From Octopus vulgaris (lineage: Eukaryota): a stretch of DNA of 64,000 nt. A program made the translations under genes and the position numbers. Positions 38,997 through 50,894 of this stretch are shown in pieces (position 1 is the first letter of the stretch; the number at the start of each line of letters is the position of its first letter). The stretch covers positions 205,840,001 through 205,904,000 of the forward strand of contig OX597815.1 in the NCBI GenBank assembly GCA_951406725.2, read 5' to 3'. The notes below the pieces were generated by a model. It had not been told where the DNA came from and ran no database searches. It saw only the letters and a list, made by a program, of their open reading frames with translations.

Positions 38997-40188
38997 GTTG
39001 ATAGTTTCCATTACCTAGGTGACCAAGTCAGCAGCGGGGGCGGGTGTGCTGAAAGTGTAACTGCTAGAGTAAGAATAGCTTGGGCAAAGTTCAGAGAGCT
39101 CTTACCTCTGCTGGTGACAAAAGGCCTCTCGCACAGAGTGAAAGGCAGACTGTATGATGCGTGTGTACGAACAGCCATGCTACATGGCAGTGAAACATGG
39201 GCCGTGACTGCTGAGGATATGCGTAAGCTCGCTAGAAATGAAGCCAGTATGCTCCGATGGATGTGTAATGCCAGTACTCACACTCGGCAGAGTGTAAGTA
39301 CCTTGAGAGAAAAGCTGGACCTAAGAAGCATCAGTTGTGGTGTGCAAGAGAGACGTTTGCGCTGGTATGGTCATGTGGCGAGAATGGATGAAGATAGTTG
39401 TGTGAAAAAGTGCCACACCCTAGCGGTTGAGGGAACCTGTGGAAGAGGCAGACCCAGGAAAACCTGGGACGAGGTGGTGAAGCACGACCTTCGAACTTTA
39501 GGTCTCACCGAGGAAATGACTAGAGACCGAGACCTCTGGAAGTGTGCTGTGCGCGAGAAGACCCGGCAGGACAAGTGAGTCCACAACCCGTGGCCTTCTA
39601 CATGGGATGGAGCCAGCCTACGTATGCATACCTTCCCTTCTTGGGACACAAAACTCTACTTGTGAAGACGTGTTGAGGCAAGTGAGGATCAGAATCGAAA
39701 TCGATCAATGGAAATTGCGGATGTGCTACCAGTGCCGGTGGCATGTCGAAACTCTGCTTGTGAAGACCCATTGAGGCAAGTGAGGATCAGAATCGAAATC
39801 GATCAATGGAAATCGATCAATGGAAATTGCAGATGTGTTACCAGTGCCGGTGGCATGTAAGAGAACCTTCCGTTTCGCGACCGTTGCCAGCACCGCCCCG
39901 TTTCGTGTTCGTTGCCAGCCTCGCCTGGCCCTCGTGCCGGTGGCACATAAAAAACACCATCCGTTCGTGGCCGTTTGCCAGCTCTGGCTGGCACCAGTGC
40001 GGGTGGCACGTAAAAGCACCCACTACACTCACGGAGTGGTTGGCGTTAGGAAGGGCATCCAGCCGTAGAAACACTGCCAGATTTGACTGGGCCTGATGAA
40101 GCCTTCTGGCTTCACAGACCCCAGCAGAACCGTCCAACCCATGCTAGCATGGAAAACGGACGCTAAATGATGATGATGATGATGATGA
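38991..40188 (+). mobile_element. 5'-truncated RTE-clade LINE: intact ORF2 C-terminus (38991-39578) plus modular 3' UTR and (GAT)n tail
   Basis: Stop-free frame EIVDSFHYLG..RVRIAWAKFREL..KGRLYDACVRTAMLHGSETW..RRLRWYGHVARM..GRGRPRKTW..RDRDLW. Preceded by a (TA)n tract. Confidence 0.95.
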
Positions 40189-40341
40189 TACAATAAAAAT
40201 GGTAAATAATTTTCCTGTGGTTTTTCATGTAACCAACAATTATTTACCGGTAAATTTCGGTATGTAAATACGACAAAATAATTGTCAAGACCTTTGTAAG
40301 GTTCAGTATATAGTAAAGGTTCAGTATATAGTAAAGAAAAA

Positions 40342-40377
<36 letters not shown>

Positions 40378-40434
40378 GTATGTGATGGTTTTTGGTAAGC
40401 AGCATTGATTTTTACAATTCTGTAAATAATAATG

Positions 40435-40663
40435 ATAATACTTTATAAGCTTAAAGCTTATAAGCAATCACCGTGCAATGACTAAAGAAAATAATCTAAT
40501 ATTGGGGCATATAAGCCGTCAATGGAAAAAGTAGGGTTCTTGTACATGTGAGTCAAGAACCCTACTTTTTTTCTGTCTAGGGCTTATATGCCCCAATATT
40601 AGACTATTTTCTTAAGTCATCACATGATGATCACTCATAACCTTTAAGCTTATAAAATATTAT
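40435..40663. repeat. Fold-back palindrome (~108-bp arms, 11-nt loop), MITE-like
   Basis: tctaatattggggcatataagcc and aaaaagtagggttcttg are mirrored by caagaaccctacttttt and ggcttatatgccccaatattaga. Confidence 0.9.
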
Positions 40664-40719
40664 ATATATATTATTTTTATTTTATTTATATTGTATTGTA
40701 TATTTGTGTAACATTGTCT

Positions 40720-41201
40720 GTTTTTCCATCCTTGTTTTTGTATACATTTAATGCTTTCTTCCAAGGAATCTAATGCTCTTTGCTTAGTTTTTACTTGGGG
40801 CTGGCCAAATTGGAGCAATCTCAAGATTAATCAGCCGAAATTGCGAGGATGATCCGGTTCTTGATTGAGGATAGAAAGCTTCGAATGACCTGTCCTTGTT
40901 TTTTTGTATCATCTATCTGGATGTTTTGTTGTCCCTTTTTGCGTTCTTGTCCCGGCTTCCGTGCCGGTGGCACGTTAAAAGCACCAACCGATCGTGACTG
41001 ATGCCAGACTCCCCTGGCACCTGTGCCGGTGGCACGTAAAAAGCACCCATTACACTCGCAGAGTGGTTGGCGTTAGGAAGGGCATCCAGCTGTAGAAACA
41101 CTGCCAGATCAGACCGGCGCCTGGTGCAGCCCCTGGCTTCCCAGACCCCGGTCGAACCGTCCAACCCGTGCTAGTGCAGAAAACGGACGTTAAACGATGA
41201 T

Positions 41202-41239
<38 letters not shown>

Positions 41240-41357
41240 TATATTCAAGACGTAAAACCCTCCTTATTCCCTTCCTTCCTGAGCGTCCAATAATACTATA
41301 TTTGTTCCACGTCCTTGCGTTGTTGTGTTTTCTCTTTGTGTTTTCATCTTTGGATTA

Positions 41358-41362
<5 letters not shown>
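40720..41362 (+). mobile_element. Penelope-like terminal-repeat remnant in (TA)n, interrupted by an RTE 3' UTR copy (40953-41205)
   Basis: T-rich segments bounded by (TA)n; shares acgtaaaa...ttcctgagcg...taatac with 55930-56116. Confidence 0.45.
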
Positions 41363-41402
<40 letters not shown>

Positions 41403-41849
41403 TGGCATACATACACTTCGTTCTCTTATATATATAGTATAAAAATATCGGCCACCACCTCTACTAATTAGATCGTCTAAATGGCAGAAGCTATCAACTA
41501 CTCATAGGGAACCTTCTGGGCAGTTGATAGACTCCCTTGAGCTCTCAGTGCTTACTGTCTGTGTTCACTTGGAGCATATGAAGTCTACCTTCTCCATTAG
41601 TCTGTGTGTGATCCCACTGCATCTCTTGCCTGCCATACTTTACACCAAGTACACTCTGAGGAATTTTCACTTACTCCTTTCCTGCCTGTGAATACAGCCA
41701 TTTCCCAGATAGTAACAGGGCCCTATCTTCTCGCCTACTTACTGATACTTTAATACTTTAGTTTTTGCTAAGTAAACTTTGAGACCTCTCAGTTGTAGGT
41801 TTTGCTTCCACATCTGGAATTTTTTCTTTAGATCTACCACTGATTCAGG

Positions 41850-42134
41850 TGTATGTATGTGTGTGTATGTATGCATGTGTGTATGTATGTGTCTATGTAT
41901 GTGTCTATGTATATATGTATGTGTGTATGTATGCGTACGTATGTATGTGTGCATGTATGTATGTAAGTATGAGTGTGTGTGAATACGTATGTTTGTATGT
42001 GTGTGTATATGTATGAATGTATGTGTGTATATATGTGCATGTATGTGTATGTATGTATGTATGTATGCATGTATGCGTGTATGTATATATGTGTGTGCAT
42101 GTATGTGTGTGTATGTATGTATGTATGTATGTAT
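41850..42134. repeat. Complex (TG/TA/TATG)n microsatellite
   Basis: Seen directly. Confidence 0.95.
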
Positions 42135-42366
42135 GGACATCAGCCTGTAAGAGTTCCCATGGGCGGCCCCTCTTAAACTCTGCTGCTTTGGCTTGGAGGA
42201 CTATAATGAACAGAAAGGGGTTGAAAACAGACTCCTGATAGACTCCTATTTAAGTTTCAAATTTGTTACTGAAACTCATTGCTGATTCTCACTTTGCTAA
42301 CACTGCCTCTGTACATGGCTTATATGGCTGTCACAAGCCATTCATCTCCCCCTAGTCTTCTTAGTG

Positions 42367-42749
42367 GAAGCACTCCGTCGGTTACGACGATGAGGATTCC
42401 GGTTGATCCGAACCAACGGAACAGCCTGCTCGTGAAATTAACGTGTAAGTGGCTGAGCACTCCACAGACATGTGTACCCTTAACGTAGTTCTCGGGGATA
42501 TTCAGTGTGACACAGAGAGTGACAAGGCCGGCCCCTTGAAATACAGGTACAACAGAAACAGGAAGTAAGAGTGAGAGAAAGTTGTGGTGAAAGAGTACAG
42601 CAGGGATCACCACCATCCCCTGCCAGAGCCTCATGGAGCTTTAGGTGTTTTCGCTCAATAAACACTCACAACGCCTGGTCTGGGAATCGAAACCGCGATC
42701 CTATGACCGCGAGTCCGCTGCCCTAACCACTGGGCCATTGCACCTCCAC
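42367..42749 (-). mobile_element. tRNA-derived SINE, family C, with 13-bp TSD AGTCTTCTTAGTG
   Basis: Minus-strand head GTGGAGGTGCAATGGCCCAGTGGTTAGGG...GGTTTCGATTCCC (A/B boxes); TSD at 42354-42366 and 42750-42762. Confidence 0.9.
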
Positions 42750-43293
42750 AGTCTTCTTAGTGACTACTTAATCTAAGTATAGTGGCTTATTCTTGGCTAA
42801 GTATTTCTACAGTTGTTTCATTAAAAAGATAGCATCTGTAGTATTCTTCCTTCCAAATTCAAAGCTGAACTGTATTTCATCCTGGTTAATTCTCATACTA
42901 ATCAATTGGGCTAATTTGCTTTCTGTAACCTGTCTTGCAATTTGATACTTCTGTAATTACCTCTCTTTAATTACCTTCTGTAATTACATCTCCTTTGCTT
43001 ATGTAATAGCTGACAAATGCTACTTTTAAGCCAGTTATTGGGTATGACACCTTCCTGAATTACCTGACTGACTATTGCAGGTGACTAGTTTGTATCCTAC
43101 ATCACCCAATATTTTAAGCATCTTAGTGGTGATTCCTGAAGATCCAGGAGCCTTCCCTGTCTTTATTATACTTAATCACTATCAAACTACTGTCAACTTG
43201 AATGGCTGGTCCTTCAATAAGGTCCACTCTTTGTCCCATACATTTTCTATAAGTGAAGACACATGGTTTAGTGGTTAGGGTATTCAGCTCATG

Positions 43294-44657
43294 ATTGTTA
43301 TAACAACATCCTGAAAGCTTTATTCTACCACTGGACCTAGATAAACTTTACTAAAACAACACACACACACACATTAAATCACTACAGTGTCTGAAGCTTT
43401 ACTTGCCCTAAGTACTGTGTAGGGATACAGAGCATTAATAATCCTTTCTATTATAGGCACAAGGCCTGAATTATGGGGAGTTCAATTCCCAGTGGCTTGT
43501 TGAGCAAGGCACTTTATTCTGCATTGCTCCAGTCCGTCCAACTGGCAAAAATGAGTTGTACCTGTAATTCTGTATCATACTGAATCTCCCTGATAATTAT
43601 GTTAAGTGTATGCATGTCTGTGGAGTGCTCAACCACTTGTATGTTAATTTCATGAGCAGGCTGTCCAACCAATCAGATCAACTGAATCTCTCGTCATCAT
43701 AACTGATGGAGTGTCAGTTAACATTTTAGACATTAACCCTTTCGTTACTAAATTTATTTTGAGATGTTCTGCTTTTCTTTCAATTACTTTAAATATAACA
43801 AAGAATTTAGTAAAATAACTTAGTTATCATTCAGCTAGTGTTAGGAACATAAATTGTGACTAAGGTTTGGTGGAAGATTTTAATTCAAAATTTATGAAAA
43901 CAAGACATTTGAACTCAGAGCCAGAGCCGGATTAGTAACGAAAGGGTTAAGTAATCTCTCATAATTGCATTTCCATGCCTTTTACTTTTCAGTCTCCACT
44001 ATTGTTCCATATAAACTTCCCATCAATAACACTCTGATTTTTTTTTCTAGCACACTGCTTGGTAATCCAGAATACCTCACACCTATTGTCCTTGCATCTT
44101 AAAATATTGGCGAATTTTGTACTCTTCTTTTGAATGTTCTGAAAGCATTAGTAGCCAAGAGTAAGAACAGGGTACACAAAAGTTCAGGGAACAATTATCT
44201 CTGTTGGCGACGAAGGGCTTCTCTCTCAAAGTAAATGGTAGATAGTATGACTCATGTGCATGAATATATCATGACAGCATCCTTATAATTCCATTAGGAG
44301 ATAAGAACCCATGGCTTAGCATGGCATGGCAGTATTAATGCTGTGTGTAAGGTGTTGAGATGGCAGAATCATTAGCATGCCAGATAAAATGCTTAGAGGC
44401 TTTCCATCCATTTTTAGCATTCTGAGTTCAAATTCTGCCACGGTTGACTTTACCTTTCATCCTTTCAGAGTTAGGAAAATAAAGTACCAGTGGAGCACTG
44501 GGGTGTATGTAATCGGCTTAGCACCCCCCCCCTCACCATAATTCAGGCCTTGTGCCTATAATAGAAAGGATTATTAATGCTCTGCATCCCTACGCAGTAC
44601 TTAGGGCAAGTGAAGCTTCTGACATTGTAGTGAGTTAATGTGTGTGTGTGTGTGTGT

Positions 44658-44712
<55 letters not shown>

Positions 44713-44770
44713 GTAAAGTTTATCTAGGTCTAGTGGTAGAATAAAGCTTTCAGGGTGTTGCTATAGTAAT
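43294..44770. repeat. Diverged ~190-bp inverted duplication (43294-43480 / 44532-44770) with ~1.05-kb spacer
   Basis: ctgaaagctttattctaccact.gacctagataaactttactaaaa..(CA)n..acttgccctaagtactg..aatcctttctattataggcacaaggcctgaattatgg is mirrored in the right copy. Confidence 0.92.
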
Positions 44771-45438
44771 ACATTTGGAGTGTTGTGTATGAATCTGGGT
44801 CTCTGGTAATGGATTTTCAGGAAATGGCAGGAACCGCAGAGACTGAAGCTTCTGACATTGTAGGTCATTATAGACACACACAGAAACAAACTGCATCAAT
44901 GAAATGTATGTCCATGTGGTTTTTCGATCTTAGCATTTGTGTGTGTGTGTGTGTGTATGTGCACTTGGTGTACAACCTGTTATAATACTTAGGGCTCTGT
45001 TTTGGGTTCTGTGTAGTCAATTGAAATACATTTTGATGAAGATTGGAGTTCACTTAACCCTTTTGAAACCCTTTTTTTCCTATTGAGATATATCTTCTGA
45101 AAAACAATCTCTGATTAGCTATTACACTTCAAAACCAACCATTCATAACATTTGTTCCATCGGGCCAACGGATCAGCCTCAAAAGTCCTTTCAAGCTTGT
45201 ATCACTTGGGCCGATGAATTGGCCTGGGTGTCCCAAGAAGGTTAAAAATCTGGCAATATAACTGATGGATCTGATATAAATTTTTTGTACAACATTGTTG
45301 CTGTATTTTCCTGTTGAACAAACGTAATGTCCACGATTGCTATACGCTGTTTGTGCTGTTTTGCATTCTTTACTCTGTCTTCTATCTGATATGATGGTTT
45401 CTTTTTGCTTCTTTGTTTACTTGTTTCGTCAGAGAGGT

Positions 45439-45790
45439 CATCATCATCATCATCATCATAGTTTAACGTCCGTTCTCCATGCTAGCATGGGTTGGATGGT
45501 TTGACTGGGGTCTGGGAAGCCAGGGGCTGCACCAGGCTCCAGTCTGATCTGGCAGAGTTTCTACAGCTGGATGCCCTTCCTAACACCAACAACTCCGTGA
45601 GTGTAGTGGGTGCTTTTGAAGTGCCACCAGCACAGGTGCCAGGGGAGGCTGGCAATGGCCATGATCGGTTGGTGCTTTTTACATGCCACCGGCACGGAAG
45701 CCAGTCAAGGTGGTGCTGGCATTGGCTACGTTTGGATGGTGCTTTTTACGTGCTACTGGCACAGGTATCACAACTACAATTTCCATTTGA
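45439..45790 (-). mobile_element. RTE 3' UTR copy
   Basis: Family motifs and (CAT)n on the plus strand. Confidence 0.85.
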
Positions 45791-46579
45791 TTTTTCCTGT
45801 ATTGTTATTGTTGCTTAGCCTCCCCTTTTCCCGGTCTGTCATGATTAAGAAGATCTACAGTGGCATTCCTGCTATGACTGTACTGTTGTATTTTTATGGA
45901 CGCAATGTAGTTTACTTGCTGTTATTGTGATTGCTGCTATACTTCCGCTGTGGACGACTTTGCCTTTCATCCTTTCGGGGTCGATAAATAAAGTACCAGT
46001 TTCGCACTGGGGGGGGGGGCCATGTAATCGATTTAATCCCTTTGTCTGTCCTTGTTTGTCCCCTCTATGTTTAGCCTCTTGTGGGTAGTAAAGAAATATA
46101 TACTGTTGTTGTTGTTATCAGTGACTTTGATGATGTTGTTCTTACTGTTACTGTTTAATTCAGGCCAGCTGTGATCATTGAGCGGACTTAGGTGTTATGA
46201 TGTTCCAGTCACAATCATCCTGATGTTTTATATATTGGGTATTTCCTTATCTGTTTCAAATGAGTGAGCATAAGGGTCAACTGTTACTTAGAACTCCATG
46301 TATATCCATGTATGACCAAATTTCAATTACATATTGGTTTCAAATTTCGGCACAAGGCCAGCAATTTTGGGGGAGGAGTTAAGTCAATTAAATTGACCCT
46401 GGTGTTCAAATGGTACTTATTTTATTGATTCTGAAAGGATGAAAGGCAAAGTCAACCCCAGCAGCGTTTGGACCCAGAATGTAAAAACGGATGAAATGTC
46501 ACTAAACATTTTGCCCTGTGTGCTAATCATTCTGCCAGTTCTCCATCTCAAATTTCAGATATTAAACAGAGATTATGGA

Positions 46580-47040
46580 GTGTATATGTAAGATCAGAAT
46601 AAAAGTGGGGATTTAGTTGTAAAAATTTATTTATTTTGACATTATAAATTGCATAACCTTTAAATGGGTTTCATTAGCATATTCTAGTATGCCATGCTAT
46701 GCTATAATTGTTAATTGCATAATTACCCTGTATATCAGATCATCAGAAGAAGGCCATAGTTTATTTCATGTTGGTTACCAATGTTAGCTGGTAGGCTGAT
46801 ACAATCTAAGAACTGCCTACCAACTTATATTGGTAACCAACAATGGAATAAATTACACTTTCCTTCTGATGATTGGACATAGAAGGTGATTAGGCAACTG
46901 TCTTTGTAACACTTACCACATAGCATACTAGTACATGCTTGTGAAACATGTGTAAAGATTATGTAGCTTACAGTGTAAAACTAAAAAAGATTTCTGCAAC
47001 TAAATCTCCACTTTTATTCTGATCTTTTACACACATACAT
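46580..47040. repeat. Long imperfect fold-back hairpin (~220-bp arms, ~18-nt loop)
   Basis: Mirrored blocks: aagatcagaataaaagtgg/ccacttttattctgatctt, atcatcagaag/cttctgatgat, gttggttaccaat/attggtaaccaac, ggtaggc/gcctacc. Confidence 0.9.
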
Positions 47041-47046
47041 ATATTT

Positions 47047-48000
47047 AGAGATATCTGCTGTGCTTGAGGAGACCTATTGAGTCAAGTACATCAACATCAA
47101 AATAAATATCAAATGGAAATTGTAATTTTGATACCTGTGCAAGTGGCATGTAAAAAGCACCATCTGAACATGGCCGATGCCAACGCCACCTTGACTGGTT
47201 TCTGTGCCGGTGACACGTAAAAAGCACCAACCGATCATGGCAGCTGCCAGCCTCGCCTGGCACCTGTGCCGGTGGCACGTCAAAAGCACCCACTACACTC
47301 ACGGAGTGGTTGGCATTAGGAAGAGCATCCAGCTGTAGAAACACTGCCAGATCAGACTGGAGCCTGGTACATCCTCCTGGCTTCCCAGACCCCGGTCGAA
47401 CCATTCAACCCATGCTAGCATGGAAAACAGACGTTAAACGATGATGATGATGTAAATATATTTACATAGTGACTGAGATCTTTGGTGATATGCTGTGCTT
47501 GGGAAGACCCATCAAGCCAAGGGAAATCATAGTCATGGCTGATGCTGGTGTCACACACCTGGCACCCATGCTGGTCACATGTAAAAAGCTCCTTTCAAGT
47601 GTTGGGCCCTATGGAGGCAATGACAAATGACCAAGACCTTTGGCATTGTGTTGTGCTTGAGAAGAAGATCCATCAAGCCAAGTGAAATCATAGTCATGGC
47701 TGGTGCTGGTGTCATGTAGCTGGCATGTAAAAAGCATCTTTTGTGCATTGGGCCTCATGGAGGCTAAGTTGCTGATGCTTGCGGCATGTGGAAAAGCTCT
47801 TTTCAAGTGTTGGGCCTCATGGAGGCAATGACAAATAACAGAGACCTTGGCATTATCTTATGCTTGAGAAGAAGACCCATCAAACCAAGTAAAATCACAT
47901 TCGTGGCAGATACAGGTGTCACACAAGTGGCACCTGTGCTGGTCACACTCTCAGAGTGGTTGGCATTAGGAAGGGCATCCAGCCATAGAAACCATGCTAA
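47047..48000 (+). mobile_element. Cluster of RTE 3' UTR-derived repeats (young copy 47047-47452; older tandem-duplicated copy 47480-48000)
   Basis: Family motifs. Confidence 0.8.
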
Positions 48001-48756
48001 TGCCTGCCACTTTACAGAGTGTGCTGGGTGATTTTATGTGGCACTGTGTATACATGTGTGTGAATACAAACACACAAATATAATGCCAACATTGCTATTG
48101 AGTGTAACATAATTATCCCACCAAAAGTGAGATTTAAAAAATGATTTGTATAAAAGTGGAACTTCTCTTTCTTCATTTTATTATCTTGTCTGATTTCTTA
48201 ATGTCATTCTAATCTTTATATATTCTAAAGTTATAGTTTTATCCTCAAATAATTTTTTTAAAAACTTCTCTCTCACTCTTTTCTTTCTCATGCACATGCA
48301 GAGAAAAATATATGAATGTGTGTGTGTGTGTGTGTACATGCATACATACATACATACATACATACATTCATTCATTCATTCATTGTATACCTTATATTGA
48401 ATGTGAGCTTTTTATATCTATATCTGATTATCAGGTCTTCCCCAGTTAGTTTTCCATTTGCCAGTTCCACAACCGTCAGGAGAGTCCCACTCTTCATATC
48501 AAGTGCAAAATCTCCTACAAAAGAAACGATTGCACAATACTGACTCTATTGCTCCGTTGCTAATTTAACCATACTGCATAATGGTTGTGTTGCTTATTTC
48601 CTCACATTCCAGATTCTTTCTCTTCTAAAATACCTGCATTTCACACAAGGATGAAGCATTTTAAATCTTCAGGCATAAACCTTCATAGTGATATACGGTT
48701 CATGTGTTTCATACAAACTTACAGCTGATAGTCCTATATTCATGTATTTCCATATA

Positions 48757-48966
48757 CTCTTTTACTCTTTTACTTGTTTCAGTCATTTGACTGTGGTCAT
48801 GCTGGAGCACTGCCTTTAATCGAGCAACTCGACCCCGGGACTTATTCTTTTGTAAGCCCAGTACTTATTCTATCGGTCTCTTTTGCCGAACCGCTAAGTG
48901 ACGGGGACGTAAACACACCAGCATCGGTTGTCAAGCAATGCTAGGGGGACAAACACAGACACACAA

Positions 48967-49026
<60 letters not shown>

Positions 49027-49189
49027 GACGGGCTTCTTTCAGTTTCCGTCTACCAAATCCACTCACAAGGCATTGGTCTGCCCGAGGCTATAGCAGAAGA
49101 CACTTGCCCAAGATGCCATGCAGTGGGACTGAACCTGGAACCATGTGGTTGGTTAGCAAGTTACTTACCACACAGCCACTCCTGCGCCT
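48757..49189 (-). mobile_element. SINE family A, full length
   Basis: Reverse-complement match. Confidence 0.9.
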
Positions 49190-49719
49190 ATGATAAAGTT
49201 TTTAACTTATTCTTCATAGTTTGCATTTAAGAGCAGTTTGTTTGCTTATGCATGTCTCTTATCTGCACTTTTTGTAGATTTTGAGTTGTTTTCATAAATT
49301 CATTGCTAATGGTTCTTATATAAACGTTATTCACTTTGCATCAAATGTTGATATTCAGTTATCTGACATTTTTCCATAGTCTATCAGGTGTGGCTGTACG
49401 ATAAGAAGTTTGTTAACCCAACCGCATGGTTTCAGGTTCAGTCCCACTGCAAGTGTCTTCTACTGTAGACCTGGGCTGACAAAAGCCTTGTGAATGTACT
49501 TAGTAGACAGAAACTGAAAGAAGCCCATTCTATGTGTGTGTGTGTGTGTGTGTGTGAGGTGGTGCTGAAAAGTTCCTGGTTTTAAAGGTATTGCAAAAGG
49601 CCTGGTTGGAGGTCCAACCTTCTGAGTTCGATTACAGGGCTCAGAGAAACTGAAGGACTTCTTCAGTAAGTGTGTGAATTTGAGAGGGGAATATTCTGAA
49701 TAAAATCATAGTTAACTGA

Positions 49720-50300
49720 TCCTCTTCTAGTCTGGTTGATCTGCCTCAGTTCTCTCCACTCCTGTCCAATTAGGTCTTCTGGACTATTTTGTACCAGGCA
49801 TTCTTGGTCAAGCCCTTTTCCTATTTTACTTGTTCTGGAGACCATGTCATTGCAACCTTTGCTGGTCGAATGTCTGACATGTGTAAAATATGATCTGCTT
49901 GATGAAACTGATGCAGTAACATTGTATTTTTGCAGCAACTTGGATTTGCATTTTAGAAGAATTTCTTCATTTGTGATTCTATCTTGCATTGTAAGTTTGC
50001 AGATCTTCCACAAACTTAGTTGATGGAGTTAGTGTCCAACTTCTTGGCTGTCTTTGTGAGTAATTTTTCATGTTTCAATTCTATACAAGACTGATGACCG
50101 AACATGTCCATTATAAAATCAGAACTTCATTGGACTTCTGATGCTTGTAATTCTAATTTGGCTCTTGCACAGAAATATAGTTTTTGCTTTACCAATTCTA
50201 CTGTATGCTTTATTTAGTATCCTTGTCACCACTGCCCAAGTAGGAAAAATTATCCACTTCTTCCACAACCAATGAAAATGGAAGTTGAGTTGTGGTATTA
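49720..50300 (-). mobile_element. Degenerate RTE-type LINE ORF2 fragment
   Basis: Minus-strand frames include SRIGKAKTIF and ICKLTMQDRITNEEILLKC, like RTE C-terminal motifs. Confidence 0.6.
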
Positions 50301-50472
50301 ATCAACCTCACCTGTGGAAAGGTCAAGTTTTTTCTTCTTCCTTATTCTTCGTTATGAATTCAGTATAATATGTACCAGAGGAAGAAAATGGTTTGACATG
50401 ATTAATTGAATAAAAGACCTGAGTGAAGTTGAATGACTGAAACAAATAGAAGAATGAAAGAATACCTGTATG

Positions 50473-50822
50473 TCATCATCATCATCGTTTAACGTCCATT
50501 TTCCATGCTAGCATGGGTTGGACGGTTCAACCGGGGATCTGGGAAGCCAGGAGGCTGCACCAGGCTCCAGTCTGATCTGGCAGAGTTTCTACAGCTGGAT
50601 GCCCTTCCTAACGTCAATCACTCCGTGAGTGTAGTGGGTGCTTTTAACGTGTCACCAGTACAGGTGCCAGGGGGGATGTCTGGCAGCGGCCACGATTGGT
50701 TGGTGTTTTTTATGTGCCACCGACACAGAAGCTAGTCGAGGCGGCGCTGGCATCGGCCACGTTCGGATGGTGCTTTTTACGTGTCACTGGCACAGGTATC
50801 ACAACTACAATTTCCATTTGAT
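50473..50822 (-). mobile_element. RTE 3' UTR copy
   Basis: Family motifs. Confidence 0.85.
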
Positions 50823-50853
50823 ATTTATTTGTATGTATATATGTATGTATATA

Positions 50854-50894
<41 letters not shown>

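Larger units (their letters stand above)
41560..44330 (-). mobile_element. Old RTE ORF2 (reverse transcriptase) remnant with nested insertions
   Basis: Minus strand reads GVYQESVFNPFLFIIVL..RPWELLQADV (QGS..SP / YADD region, ~42135-42250) and ESVVDLKKKFQMWKQNLQLRGLKVYLAKTKVL (~41750-41850). Interrupted by a microsatellite, two SINEs and a MITE. Confidence 0.8.

Noticed and set aside
38769-39578. 269-aa ORF as a novel fusion gene
   Set aside because: Chance read-through of SINE + (TA)n + truncated RTE ORF2; no independent gene signals.
41489-41532. Small hairpin ctatcaact...agttgatag as a pre-miRNA
   Set aside because: Only ~45 nt, too short, and adjacent to TE debris.
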